Assembly (NCBI GenBank): GCA_004431415.1
Contig: QPMI01000191.1
Location: forward strand, 12,570-76,569
DNA length: 64,000 nt
Direction: 5' to 3'
From: Cyanophora paradoxa CCMP329
Lineage: Eukaryota > Plantae > Glaucophyta
Part shown: piece after piece, positions 24,395-37,128 of the stretch
Position numbering within the stretch: the first letter of the stretch is position 1
Layout of the letters: every line of letters begins with the position of its first letter
The notes under the pieces: model-generated
The model's input: the letters and a program-made list of their open reading frames with translations, nothing else
What the model was told of the DNA's origin: nothing
Databases searched by the model: none
Program-made: the position numbers and the translations under genes

Positions 24395-24878
24395 GGCGGA
24401 ACGCAACGATTCGCCCCGGGACGCTCAGTGGGCGGGAAATCGGAAGCGCTGGGTTTAAAACCGAAACGTCTGTACCCCAGTCTGGGGGGTTCCTGGGTAC
24501 AGAAGATACTAGGGTGAGCAACGCTAGGCCACAAGATAGGTCCGACGCCGCCGACAGCGGTTCGCTGATCGCTCATCGAGCAGGCTTTACGGTCGCGGTG
24601 TGGGTCGCCTCATCTTTGGCAGCCCGAAGACGCTCGATTGCTCGATTCAGCCCAACAGAGTCGCTCTTCAATCACTTGGAGCGTCCGTTGTAGCCGGTGC
24701 GCAAACGTGCGAGCGCGGCCCGGGTGCTGCGCCTCGGATCCGGCGCGACCCTGTGGCCCGGGGCCCGCGCGAGCCTGTGCCCCAGTGCAGCCCCACACAC
24801 GAGCGCTTGCTAGCATTCAAGCACTTGTTCTTATAGCTTAAATGGCGCAGGTGTCAAGGCCGCGCAACGCCCGCGCTC

Positions 24879-25530
24879 ATGCCGACGGCCCGTCAAATAG
24901 CGAACGCGGGCTTCCTCGTCCACGCCTGCATCTCCCTGTACAACGCGGGCTCTTGCTTCTCGCGGACCCTGTTGCAGAAGTGCGCCAGGCTGCTTGCTCT
25001 ATGGTTACCTGATCGGCGACTCACTGATGCATCAGGGAAGGGCCCTCCTTCGATGTTTTCCTAATTTTTGGTTGGCACCTCGCGCGCTTCCTGGCGCCCC
25101 ACGTCTGCTGAACGCCGTCCTTCAGGCTTTTTCCTGCTAGGGCTCACCGGGACGGGGTTCGCCGCCTGGTGGGAGGAGGACGTGCGCGCTTCAAAAACCT
25201 TTCTCGCCCTCGCCGGCTCGCTGAGGGCGCCGGGCGGGGCCAGAACGACAAGACGAAGGACGTGTCGTCGACGCTGTGCATCGTGTACCACGCGGGAGCC
25301 CTCGTCATTGGCGTCATCGTACTCGGGGAGGACCTGTACTGGAAGGCGCCTGCGCCTCGCCGCGCTGCGCCGCGCCGGGCATGACCTCTGCGCGCCAGAT
25401 CCCGGTGAACATCAAGCTGTGGGAGTGGGAGCTAGCCATCCACTTCGCGCAGCTCGTGTGGATCCTCGTCTGGCGGCGCAACTTCCGCCTCGCCCCGCCC
25501 GCCACCCCCAAGGGCGACAAGAAGCAATAG
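24879..25530 (+). CDS. Small membrane protein of about 140 aa with about 4 TM segments, unknown function
   Basis: Five phase-compatible exons: MPTARQIANAGFLVHACISLY..FDVFLIFGFFLLGLTG..LCIVYHAGALVIGVIVL..LAIHFAQLVWILVW..KGDKKQ. Confidence 0.7.
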
Positions 25531-25771
25531 TGCCCCCGCTTACTCTCACTCGTTGGATTCTATTCTTTAAAGAGACGTCGGTTAACGCAGCTCGTTCGTG
25601 CCACGGCCCCGCTTCCGCGAGAGGTAGTCCGCGGAACCGGCCAAGGCGCCCACTCCCGCAGGCTCAGCATTCAAGGGTTCATAACTATGCATTCTGCACA
25701 CAATCTGATGAGAGGCCTAGGGCCGGGTAACTGCTGAATAGCACGAGGAAGAAGCTGCGGGTAAAAAAACG

Positions 25772-25913
25772 AAGGGGAGAACAGCGTGCAAAAAAAGCTT
25801 CCTCAGTTGCAAGGGGAGAACAGCGAGAAAAAAAAGCGAAATGATCTAATGACAGTATGAGAAGCGAAATGAAGGTGTGCCGCTGAGCGGCTTGGGGGAA
25901 GGTGTGCCGCTGA
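25772..25913. repeat. Cluster of short direct repeats
   Basis: AAGGGGAGAACAGCG at 25772 and 25811; GAAGGTGTGCCGCTGA at 25871 and 25898; AAGCGAAATGA twice. Confidence 0.8.
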
Positions 25914-26828
25914 AGCTAGCCTCCAGAAGCGTGCGGCAACAGCGACAGTCGCGGCTCGGCCCCAGATTGAACAGATCACTCAGCTCTGATTCCCCCAGAT
26001 GCGCCCAGGGATGGGAGCAGCCGAAGAGCCAGAAGGGGGAAAGCCGGCCGAGCGCCTGAACTCCTTCGCGGCTCTGGAGGGGGGGCACGCGCGTGTGAGC
26101 CTAGCGCGAAGGGATGCATTCGCTAGCGGATTCAAAGCCGCACTCCGCCGATGTCTGGCGCCCGTCGTGGATCTGCAGATGCGGCGTGAGCGGCCGTGGG
26201 CGGAGGCTTGTGCACGTGCAAGCCGAAAATTCGCACATCGTGAAACGAAGAATAAGGATTTCGGCCGGGAATGGCGTGGCCGAAGGTCGGCGGAGCTGCT
26301 TGAGTCAAGAGATAGTTTGGCCGCGTGTATCTACGCTCGGGCCGGGCCCCGGAGGGTCAGTGAAGAAGCGTGCCAGCCTGGCGGCGGAGCGTGGCCCCGG
26401 CCAGCGTGCGCTCAACCGAGGTGTGCACAACTAAAACGACCTATAGCTAACGTCGGCCAAGTTCAATCTAGCGTCGCCGTCCTGGAAGTTGCCACACAGA
26501 ACGCAGCTAGCAGACCGGTAGGGGCGGCAGACAACGCTATGTGGAAACGTTGGCGATATGTGGAAACGAGCTAACGCGCGCTCACTTGTGCTGGTACTCG
26601 CTGGTGAAGGTAAGCTGGCTTGTGAGGGGCTGCAGGCCGTAGGGGATCTCGATGGGCGGGCCGGACATGTTAGTGATGCTGGTTATTTTTTTCACTGCGA
26701 GCTATCGGCGGAGAGGCGAGGGCTTCGCTAGACCTGGCTCTCTCGAATCAGCTGCGTACCCCACACTCACCTTCGTACCCCCTGCATTCGTCGGCAGTGC
26801 GGTCGCACGGTCGCAGCGACGTTGCTCG

Positions 26829-29486
26829 ATGGAGGCAGCGCTCTCCCAAGCGCGCCCTGTGATGGATGCGCTCTCCCGGATCGCGGAGGTCGCGCGTCCG
26901 CACGTGCTGGAGGCCGACCGCCAACTCGAGCACTCTCTGCGGCCGCACCAAGTCTTCTTGCTCGGCGCGGTCGTTGCGCTACTCATTCGATGGGTTCTAG
27001 CGACACTAGACGAGCTGCGTCATGCAGGTCTGCATCCGACTTTCGATCCAAGTGGTTGTTCAACGCTTCGGCCTGACCGCGCGCGCAGAGGTGAAAAAAT
27101 CGTTCTTCAAGTTCATCAAGCGCTTGCCCATCATGCGAAGCTACGCAGCTGCTGAGCTTGGCAAGATTGACGCCAAAATGCAACGTAAGTCGTTTTCGTT
27201 TCAGAATCGGCCCCCGCGGGCTCACCCCCCGCAGACATGATCCGTCAGAAGCTCCCTCAGGATGCCATCGTTGCGCTTCCTGCGCAGGGCCTTCCGAAAG
27301 AGGAGGCGAGTTTGTAGCTCGCTGCTCGTTGTACGAGTCTCTGATTCGCGCGCTAGGTTCTGGCTCGCATGCGCAAGGAGCTCGCCAACGAAGCTGGCTG
27401 GTACGCCCCGTTGATTAAATTAACCCTGGTACGTCTTCGAGGCTCTGCGTTGATTAAATTAACACAGGAAAGAGGGCCTGGTGAGCGGCACGGTGTACCA
27501 CGGAAGCGAGGAGCTCAAGTCGCTTCTGGACGCCGCGCACTGCATGTTCTCGACGGCGAACCCGCTGCACCCGGACGGTAGCCTGCCCAGCTGTCTTCCG
27601 CTCGTCGCAGCCCAAGACACGCGACACAGTTTTCCCGGGCGTGCGCCGCTTCGAGTCGGAGTGCGTACGCATGGCCGTCACCTTGCTCAACGGCGACGAG
27701 GAGGCTTGCGGGATCATGACAGCGAGCGGTGCGCGCGGCGCGCCGGGTCTCCGGCCGCGGGCGCGAGCGGAAGAGCGCGCGAGACGGCCGCGTCGCGCAG
27801 GAACGGAGTCGATTCTTCTTGCGATCAAAGCGGCGCGCGACTGGGCGCGCGAGACGAAAGGGATCACAAAGCCCGAGATGTGCGGCGGCCCCTTCCCCGT
27901 TCTCCCGCCGCGCGCGAGCGACCGCGACGCAGCGTGGCGCCCGTCTCGGCGCACGCGGCGGTGGACAAGGCCGGGCACTACCTCGGTGCCTCCGGGGCGG
28001 TCCCGGGGGGGCCAGGGGGGCGGGGCCTGACGAGCGGCAGGGATACGCGTGATCAAGGTACCCGTGGGGAAGGACTACCGCGCCGACCTGCGGGCCATGC
28101 GGCGCGCTATCACCCGCAACACGATCCTGGTACGCCCCGCCCTCCCGCGGTCGCGAAAGCGGAGCGAACGAAGGCAGGTGTACGCGTCGGCGCCGGGCTT
28201 CCCGCACGGCGTGATCGACAACGTGGAGGCGATCGGCGCGATGGCGAAGCGCGCCGGCTGCTGCTTGCACGTCGACTGCTGCCTGGGCGGCTTCCTTCTG
28301 CCATTTGCCAGGAAGCTCGGGTGCGACCCTTGAAGCTCCCTTCTGGGCCGAGGCCGCCCGGGTCCCCTCACTCCGCGGCGCAGGTACCCCGTCCCGCCGT
28401 TCGATTACTTGGTTCCCGGCGTGACCTCCATCTCCGCCGGTACCCCCCGCCCCCCGCTCTTGCCCTCGCCCTGCCCCGAGGGCCGGCGCAGACACGCACA
28501 AGTACGGCTTCGCCCAGAAAGGCACCTCCGTCCTCTCTTTCCGCACCCGGGTCAGTCGCTCCGCCTCCCCCGGCCCCCGCGCCTGGGCCCCTCAGGCGGC
28601 GGCGCAGGAGCTGCGGCGGTTCGTGTACTACAGCGTGACGGACTGGCCGGGGGGCCTGTACGCGACGGCGGGGGTGCCGGGGAGCCGCCCCGGGGGGCCC
28701 ATCGCCACCGTCTGGGCCGCCATGGTCCACCTCGGCGAGAAGGGTCCGCCCCGCCGCCGCCTCCCGCCCCGGCCCCCGCCCCTCGCGCCCCCTGACGGCC
28801 CGCCGAAGGCTACATGGAGGTGGCGGACAAGATCATGAAGACGATGCAGGCCATCGTCAAGGGGTTCGCCCTCTCGAGCCCCCTCCCGGCCGGCGGCCTG
28901 ACGGGGCGGGGCGGGGCGGGGCAGGATCGGGGAGATCGAGGGGCTGCGGCTGGTGGGGAACCCCGACGCGTGCGTCGTCGCCTTCACCAGCGACACGTGC
29001 GCCCCGGGCCCCGCCCCGCCCCGCCCCGCCCCGCCCGACCCGCCGGCGCGGCAGCCTCGACATCTTCGCGATCAACGACGTCCTCTCGAAGCGCGGCTGG
29101 CACCTCAACGCCCTCCACAAGCCGGCCTGGTCCGCCCGCCCTACTCCGCCCTCCCCGTGTGCTTCGCGGCCCTGGGCCGACGGGGCGGGGCGGGGCGGGC
29201 AGCCTGCACGTGTGCGTGACGCTGCCGACGACGCTCTCGTACCAGCGCCTCCTCTCCGACCTCCGCGAGGCCGTCCGCGAGGCGCGCGCCCCCGGCCCCG
29301 CCCCGGCCCACAGCCTCCCCGCGCTGACGCGCGCGTGGGTGCGGGGGGCAGGTGGCGGGGGCGGGGGCGGGGGCCTCGAAGGAAGGGATGGCGCCGATCT
29401 ACGGGATGGCGGCGTCGGTGCCCGACCGCGGCGCCATAAACGACGTCCTCGCCCGCTACCTCGACGCCCTCTACTTGACCCGCTGA
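26829..29486 (+). CDS. SGPL1: Sphingosine-1-phosphate lyase (PLP-dependent)
   Basis: VSGTVYHG, ANPLHPD, MTSGGTESILLA-type motif, SAPGFPHGVID, LHVDCCLGGF, GVTSISADTHKYG, GSRPGG, APIYGMA. Confidence 0.95.
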
Positions 29487-29782
29487 CCCCCCGCCCCCCG
29501 CTCCCCGCTCCCCGCGCACCGCCCGCGCCCCGCGTCCCCTCCCTCTGCTTCCTCTCCACTGTACTCCTTAAAGAGTCGACGACGAGTCGACGACTAGCGG
29601 GGAGGGGCGCTACCTGCGCCCCCCGTAGCTCGGCCTGTGCGTGAGGCGCGTGGGCGCCGAGGAGGCGATGCGCGGAGAGGGCGCCGCCCCAACCCCGCCC
29701 CGCGCCGTCGAGGAGCCGCCTGCCGGGGCGATCGCTGCGCGGGGCCCGCACGCAGCTCGGTCTGGGCGCAGACGGGGCGGAG

Positions 29783-32700
29783 CTATAGCGGGGGCGGAGC
29801 GGGGGCACCGGCGCGGAAGCGGAGGAGCTCGGCGGTAGAGGGGCGGCCGGCCGCCTCCCGCCCCGCCGTCGCCGCCGCCAGCGCCCCCGCCAGCGCCACG
29901 CTCGGCTCCAGCTCCGGCCGCGCCGTGTACTCCACCGGCGCCCCCGCAGCTGCCCCCGCCCCGCCGTCAGAAGCCGCGGCTGGGCCGGCGTGGGCGTGGG
30001 CGCGCGGGGCGCACGAGGAGCTGCTGCTCGAGGGAGGCGGCGAGGGCCTCGGCGGCGATGCAGCGCTGCAGGGCCGCCTCGCGCTCGCCCCGCGCCCCCG
30101 CGAGCTCGCGCTGCGCGGCCGCCTCGCGCTGCACGGCGCCGGCCCGGTCCCGCTCGAGGTGCAGGGCGCGGTCGGAGAGGTCGGCCAGGGAGGCCTTCGC
30201 GACCTGCAGCGCGTGCCCCAGCTCCGCCCGCTCCCGCTCCGCCCGCCGCACCATCCCCGCCAGCTCCTCCAACAGCCCGCCCCTCCCCGCCGCCGCCGCC
30301 GCCGCCGTCGCCCGCAAGAGCGACGCCTCGAGCTCCGCGTGCCGGTCGCCCGGGCCCTTGTGCGGGGCGCCGCGGGAGGGCGGCTTGGAGGGGGCGGCGT
30401 GCTCCGGGGGCCTCCCCGCGGGGGCGGCCTCGACGAGGGCGGCGACGAGCGCCGCGCGGGCGTCACCGCCCGCTTCCCGTCCCGCGGCGTCCGGCCCGCG
30501 AGGGCGGCGCCGGCACCAGCGCCGCCCCCGGCCCGCCCCGTGCTCCGCTGGGGCGGCGCCGGCGGCTCCTCCTCGGGCGAGAGGGGCGTCGCCCGGCGGG
30601 CTCCCTCCGAGAGGGCGGCGGGGGAACATCGCCTCGCCGGCCGCCGCCGCCGGGGGCGTGGAGAGGGCGAGGGGCTTGAAGCCGGCGAGGCTCGCCCGCC
30701 CGTGCGCCCCGCCGAGGGGGCGGCCCCGCGGGGCTGGCGGCGCCGGGAGGCCGGCCTGCGTGGCGGCCGCGCCCTGCGAGGTCGCCGCGGCGGCGGCGAC
30801 GGCGCGCGGGGAGAGGGAGGCGTGGAGGGCCCCGGGGCGAGGGCGGAGCGGGGGCCGGGGCGCTGGGAGGCCCGCGCGGCGGCGCGCTGGGAGGCGGCGC
30901 GGGCGAGGACGGCCTCGAAGCTCGCCGCGAGCTCGCGGAAGTGCCGCTTCAGCTCCTCGTACTTGCGGCTCACCACGCCGAGCTCCAGCCCCAGCGCCCC
31001 CGCCTCCCGCTCCCGCGCCCCCGCCTCCTTGCGCCGCGCCTCCGCCTGCTCCCGCGCCAGCCGCAGCTTCCCCTCCGTCGTGGACGCCCCGCGCTCGTAG
31101 TCGGAGCGCTCGCGGGCCCACTCGCCGCGCTCGCCCCGCAGGCGCAGCGCCTCGTTGCGGGCGAGCTGCAGCTCGGCGCCGGCGCGGGCGTCGCGCTCCT
31201 GGGCGGCGAGGGACTGGTCCTCGAGCCGGTGCTCGAGCTCGGCGACCTTCTTCCTGAGGGCGGCGACCTGCGCCTCGGCGGCCCGCAGCTGCACGCGCGC
31301 CGCCTCGCTCTCGTTCACCGCCTCCTGCTCCCGCGCCCGGCTCGCGGCGGCCTGCGACTCGAGGCGCCCCGCGACGCGCTCGGCGCGGTGGACGGCGGTC
31401 TGGAGCTCGGCGGCGTCCCCCGCGATGCGGGCCGTGTCCCGCTGCGCCGAGGCCGCCTCCTGCTGGGTCTTCACGACGCCGGCCTGGAGCGCGCGGATGA
31501 CGCGCTCGCGCTCCGCCAGCTCCCGCTTCAGGTGCGCCACCTCCCGCTCCAGCGGCTTCGTCTCCCCCTCGTGCTCTGCCCCGCCCTCAGCCCCCCGCCC
31601 CGCCCCGCAGGGGAGGCGAGCGGACCGTGGGCGGCGCGGCGGGCGCGCTCCTCGGCGAGGTTGATGTCGCGCTCGGCGACCTCGCGGTCGCGGGCGGCGC
31701 GGGCGGCGCCCTCCGCGAGCCCCGCGTGCAGCGCCTCCAGCCGCGCGCACTCCGCCTCCAGCGCCTCCCCTTCGCCCGCGACTCTTGCTGCGCCCGCCCA
31801 GCCCCGCGCTCGCCCCCGGGGCGGGCGCGGCGGGCGGGGCGGGCGGGGGTGCGGACGAGGCTCTGGGCGAGGCGGAGGGCCTTGAAGTCGGCGGCGACGC
31901 GCTCGGAGTCGAGGCGGTCCGCCCGCAGCGCCGCCTCCCGCGCCGCCGCCTCCGCCGCCGCCACCGCATCCCCTCCCGCCCCCGCACCGCCGCCTCCAGC
32001 GCCCGCCCCTTCGCGTCCGCCACCGCCGCCTCCCGCCGCCCCGCCACGGCGGCCGAGGCGGCGGCCCCGGCGGCCGCCTCGGCGCGGGCGCGGCCCTCGC
32101 GCGCCCGCTCCTCGGAGACGGCGAGCGCCGCCATGTCGTCCTCCATCCGCCTCTGCGCCCCCGCCCCGTCAGCCCCACTCCCCCGGAGCCTGCGCGCGGG
32201 GGCGCGCCTGGAGGGTGGCAGCGTTGCGGACGGCGTCGCGCAGCGCCGCGTTTTCCTCCCGCAGCGCCCGCGCCTCCTCCCGCAGCCGTTCCGCCTGGCC
32301 GCCCTCAGCGCCCCGAGGCGGCCCGGCGGGCGCCCCGCCCGCCTCACCTCGCGCCGGGCGTCGCCGGCCTCGCGCTCGAGGCGGGCGGCGGCCTCGCGGG
32401 CGGCGGCGGCCTCGCCGGCGGCGTGCGTGGAGCGGGCGCCCTCCTCCGCGAGCTTCGAGCGCGCCGACGACGACGCGTCCACCGCCGCCTGCGCCCCCGC
32501 GGCGCGCGCGCCGTCAGAGGGATGCGGCGGCCGGCGCGCGTGCCCCGCGCGCCTGGAGGGCGAGGTCGCGGCGCTGCATGGCCTCCATCCCCTCCCGCCA
32601 CTGCCGCGTGAGCGCCTCGCGGGCCGCCAGCGCCGCCTTGAGCTCCCCCGCGAGCCGCTCGGCGGCCGCCTGCGCCGTCCTCGTCTCCTTCTGCTGCGCC

Positions 32701-33540
32701 TCGAGGTCCGCCAGCAGCTCCGACTTCTCCCGCCCCGCCTCCTGCAGCCGCCGCTGCAGCTCCTTCTCCCGCTCCCCGCCCGCCGCCCGCTCCCCCGCCG
32801 CCGCCTTCGCCTCCGCCTCCAGCTTCTCCTCCACCCGCCGGTGCGCCTTGATGTCCCGCGTGTACCCTGCCCCGCCCGCGCCTCAGTGCCCGCGCCCCGC
32901 CGCGCGCCGCGCCCCGCCCGCACCTGTCGAGACCTCCTTCAGCATGTGCACGCTCTGCTGGAGCGCCACAATCTCCTCCCCCTGCCTCCTCGAGGCCTCC
33001 TCGGCTCTCTGCGCCTCGCGCGTGAGCGTGGCGCGCGCCACGCCCCGCGGGGCGGTCCCGGGCGCAGCGCACCGCCTTGGCGGCCGCGGCCTGCCGGAGG
33101 TCGGCGGCGAGGCGGTCCCGTTCCTGCGCCGTCCGCGCCAGCTCCGCCTCCGCCTTCGCCCGCTCCGCGTTGCTGCGCCGCCCGCTCGCTCGGCGGCGGC
33201 GCGGCGCGGCGCGGCGCGGCCTCCGCACCTCGCTTCCAGAGCTCGTTGCAGGCGAACCAGCTCCTTGTTGGCGTTGAAAAGAGAGACGCCGACATCCTCG
33301 CGCACTCGATCCTGCGCCTTGATCTCTGCATGCTGCTCGCCTGCGCGAGCGTCGTCAGCAGCGGCGAGGCTGCAGCGGGGGCTGCTCCGCACTGATTTTC
33401 TGCTCCGCTGCCGCGAGCTGCCCTGTGAGGAACGGCCGGAGGGCGTACTGAAGGCGCCTAGCGATGTCCTCGACCTCCTGCATGTCGTCGTCTAACACGC
33501 CGGGCCCTCGTAGCCCGCGGGCCGAGAGCATGGTCGCCAT
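29783..33540 (-). CDS. Long coiled-coil protein, CCDC40-like
   Basis: REDVGVSLFNANKELVRLQ, QWREGMEAMQRRDLALQ and PLEREVAHLKREL resemble CCDC40 blocks as I recall them; heptad-rich throughout. Confidence 0.6.
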
Positions 33541-33901
33541 TCTCTAACCACGCCGTGACGGGCCACGGGCCCACTCCTAGCACGATGCTAGCAATCTAAT
33601 TGCATCCTGCAAGGTACGAGGCCGTCTGGAGCGCCGTAGCTAAGCGCGGCAAGCGAGTCGACGATTCTCCTCCGGCGTGCGAAGATAAGTTGGGCCAAGC
33701 CGGCAGGACGATAACTACAAGAGCTAAGCGTATGCGCCAGTCCTGCTTGCGCTGCGGCTGCTTTGGGATCCGGATGCGCGACGACTTCGTTCGCAACTAG
33801 ATGGGGAAGGAATCGCCGAAGCGATTGCAGCTGGCTCGTACGTACGCGTGCTCCAAGGCCTGTGAACTTCGGAAGCTCTCAAATTGAAGCTCGTCGAAGT
33901 C

Positions 33902-35357
33902 CTAGGCCGTGAAAATCAATAATATTGAGCTCGCGCTAGCGCCAGCCGCAGCTATTCTGCGGCGGGGGCGGGGGCCGGGGCCGGCTTGGGGGCGGCCTTG
34001 GTGAAGAAGCTCTCCATCTTCTTCATCCCCCTCACGTCCGCCTGCGCACGCGCCCCCGCGGCCCGTCAGCAGGCCAGGCGGGCCGGAGGCTCGGGGATCC
34101 GAGGGCGGTCGCTCGCCTTCGCAAGCTTCTTGACGCCCGCGCTCTTCGAGGCCGTCGCGAGCTGGCTCTGCGGCAGGGGCCGTGGGCCCTCGTCGGGTCC
34201 CTGGGCCGGCGCTCCCCCGCTCACCTTCACCGCCTCCGCTTTGGCGGGGGCGCTGTCGCGGGCGACGGGGGCGGCCGCCTGCATGGCCTCCGCCGCCGCC
34301 TTCACCGCCGCCGCCTCGTCGACGCTGCGCTGGCGGTGAGCCTCTAACTCGTCCCCGTGCCCCGCGAGCGCGCACCCGAAGTGGGCGAGGAGCCGCTCGT
34401 GCAGCGAGCGCGGGAGGTACTCCGACAGCAGCCCGATCGAGTAGGCCCGCACTGGCCCCGCCGCCGCGTCAGCGTCCAGAGAGAGCTCTAGCTACCCCGG
34501 GGCGGAAGCTTGAGCGCAGCGCACCGGCGCTCTTCAGTGACTCGTTCTCCTCGTCCCCTGGGCGCGGCTTGTACATCTGCTGCTGAATCGCCTCGACCTG
34601 CGTCCAGGGTCAACGCGTGCGCCGCCGTCCTGCACGCTGCATCGGACCTTGCAGCACAGCCAAGACAGCAGGCGCTCCTGATTCAAGCTGAAGGCGACCT
34701 CGCCGCAGACATCTGAGCGCGCCCAGCAGTCAGGCGCCGCCGGGGACTGGAGACGAGTCTGCGCACCCCTGCGGTCGCAGATCGCGGTGATATCGAACTC
34801 GCTGGACTCCCTCAACAGCTCCACTAGCCTTCGTGCCGACGGCTCGTAGCGCTCACCGAGCGCGCTGGCCACATCGTCGAGGGAGCAGAAGACGCGGCGT
34901 TCTGACCGCTGCAGAACCGTGAGTGCTTCGCCCAATGATCCAAAGCTGTGATCAAAGCTGCTCCCACCTCGCCCTGGGACGCGGATTTCAATAGGAAGGG
35001 GAGGATCAAGAAGATTGGGTCGCAGGGCGTCCATAGGTGCAGCGAGCCGTCTGCGCGAAGGTCGTTTAGCATGCTGACGAGCGCATGGCGAGCTTCACGC
35101 GCCCGATATACAGCTCTCGTCGTCGAGCAGCCAAGAAGCGTGCTCCGTCGCACGAACCGCCTCCAGTACGCGGCCCCCGACCACGAGGTAGCTGTGCGGC
35201 GTGTCCGTCTTCGGATTCGGAAGGGACAGAACCGCAGCGTCTTTCGGCTCATCCAGCACTGCTCGCGCTTAGCTAGAATCCCGGATAGCGAGTGGCAGCG
35301 CCGCGGCGGACCTCCCGCGGGAACGACGCAGACGCGTCTGGAGGACTCCCCGGACAT
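33902..35357 (-). CDS. RNASEH2B: Ribonuclease H2 subunit B
   Basis: LPNPKT, DGSLHLWTPCDPIFLILP, LNQERLLSWL, GLLSEYL, and a C-terminal PIP box GMKKMESFF. Confidence 0.9.
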
Positions 35358-36235
35358 TTTGCCGCTTTGATACGCTCAAGGGGCTTCGCCGCCGGTGGAA
35401 GAGAGGGGATCGAATTCGAAACCGCGAAACCAAACCAATGCCAGTACCCCTCGCGTGTGGGTACAGCATCCTAAGCGCATTAACCAGCGAGGTCTGTTGG
35501 CTCCCAAGCCCCGAACGCGCGCCAGATCAGCTAGCTCGTCTATTGCATCGTATTATCGCATCGCCGACCGGCGGCCCGGCTCACGCCCAACTCGCTCCGC
35601 AGTGGCATCGGCGCTGGTATAAGGCCGTTGATATCGGCAGTAAAAGGTGCGCTGATATCGAACGAGGTCGTTGGTAGCCTCCGGCCGCCGCGGGGTCGGG
35701 AGGTTGCGGATGGCCGGCGGCGGGCCGCGGGAAACGCATCTCGATCCGCCTAGCACAGGGAACGCGGCGTGCGGTGACCTGTTCCGTCGCGTGCCGCGGA
35801 GCTGGTCGCTTCGAAGGCATGATGGTCGCCGGCTAGGATGGGAGTTGGGGCCGCGCGAAGAGCGAGCGGCGGGGCCGCGGGCGGGCCCAGTGCTTTTCGA
35901 AGAACTCTTGCATAAGCGCCTCGCCGAGGGCGCAGCGCTCGCGGGTCGTCTGGCGGTGCACTGAGCTGACGCCCTCGCCGCGCAGTCCGGAGCCCAGCGC
36001 CTGGTCGATGCGAGCTGCCCCTCTCTGCTGACGGTGCACGCGCTTCGACTGCGCATTTATCTGCGAAAGCAGAGCAGTGAAGGACTCTCCAGCGAGAGTT
36101 CCCCGCCGAGTGCAGGAGGGGCTGCGTGGACCTTGTGGTCGCTGACGTCGCTCCGCAGACACTCGGGTATCGATCCGCATCGAGGGGACTCCGGGACTGG
36201 CGTCAGTTGGCGCATAACACAGAGGGCCGGGCACG

Positions 36236-36383
36236 ATGGGTGCGGCCCCGCGTCGAGCGCTCCGGCGCCTCCGGCCTCTGATCGTGCCCCGCAGGAACCA
36301 CATGGTGAGTCGCCGAGTCTGAAGGCGTTGCTACTGTTTGAAGCGGCGCCGGGGGCGCAATCCATCCCCTCTTCCAGCCCCCG

Positions 36384-36425
<42 letters not shown>

Positions 36426-36962
36426 TGAAACTATGTCGCACTCGCCGCTAACGGCGGCCGCAGGAGCCATCAGTGCTACTGCCGCTACGGCCGGGGGACG
36501 CCGAACGACATGGGCAAAAGTGCGGCGCCTCCGCCCGGTCGCGGCCCGGCACGTGCCCCGCACCTGAGCGCCGGCGTGTCGCAGCGCTGAGCGGAATGGA
36601 CTGCAAGCTGCGGTGCTGGGTCACGGGCCAGGTGAACTCCATCGTCTTTGCGCCCGTCCTTCCACGCGAGGCGCGGGGCCGAGGGGGCGGGGGCGGGCGG
36701 GGGCGCAGACGTTTGTGGGGGTCTCGCAGCTGGACGCGGCGGAGCAGACGGTCGCCGAGGGGGCCGACGGCGAGGCCCCCGACGCGATGCTCGAGCCCGA
36801 CGGCAGCGCCATGGAGAGCGCGGCGCAGGTGCTTGCGCCCCTGCACCCCTCCCCGCGCCGGCGCCGGCCCACCGCCGGCGGGGCGGGCAGGAGTGGGGCG
36901 GCGACCCCGCGGACTTCGTCGCCGCGGACCAAGCGCTGCCGAGCTCCATGCAGATCGTTTAG
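36236..36962 (+). CDS. Putative lipid-anchored protein of about 100 aa (MGTTWSHQCYC..)
   Basis: A 4-nt coding first exon, a 10-nt exon and four further exons give one open frame; in-frame stop upstream; MGxxxS motif. Confidence 0.45.
36384..36425. repeat. Poly-C tract (42 nt), intronic
   Basis: Read directly; the length may be assembly-dependent. Confidence 0.9.
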
Positions 36963-37128
36963 GGCCCCAGGCTTGAGTTCGTATAATACGAGGTCGCTAC
37001 GATAGGCATAGACAGGCTCTCTATTGTTCGTGCGTCCCGTCGCGCCCATGCACCTGCGCGGCGCCGCGTGCGCCTCTGCTCTCCTCTCGCTATCCATGTA
37101 TTGTGTATTATGTATCTCCACCACGGCG

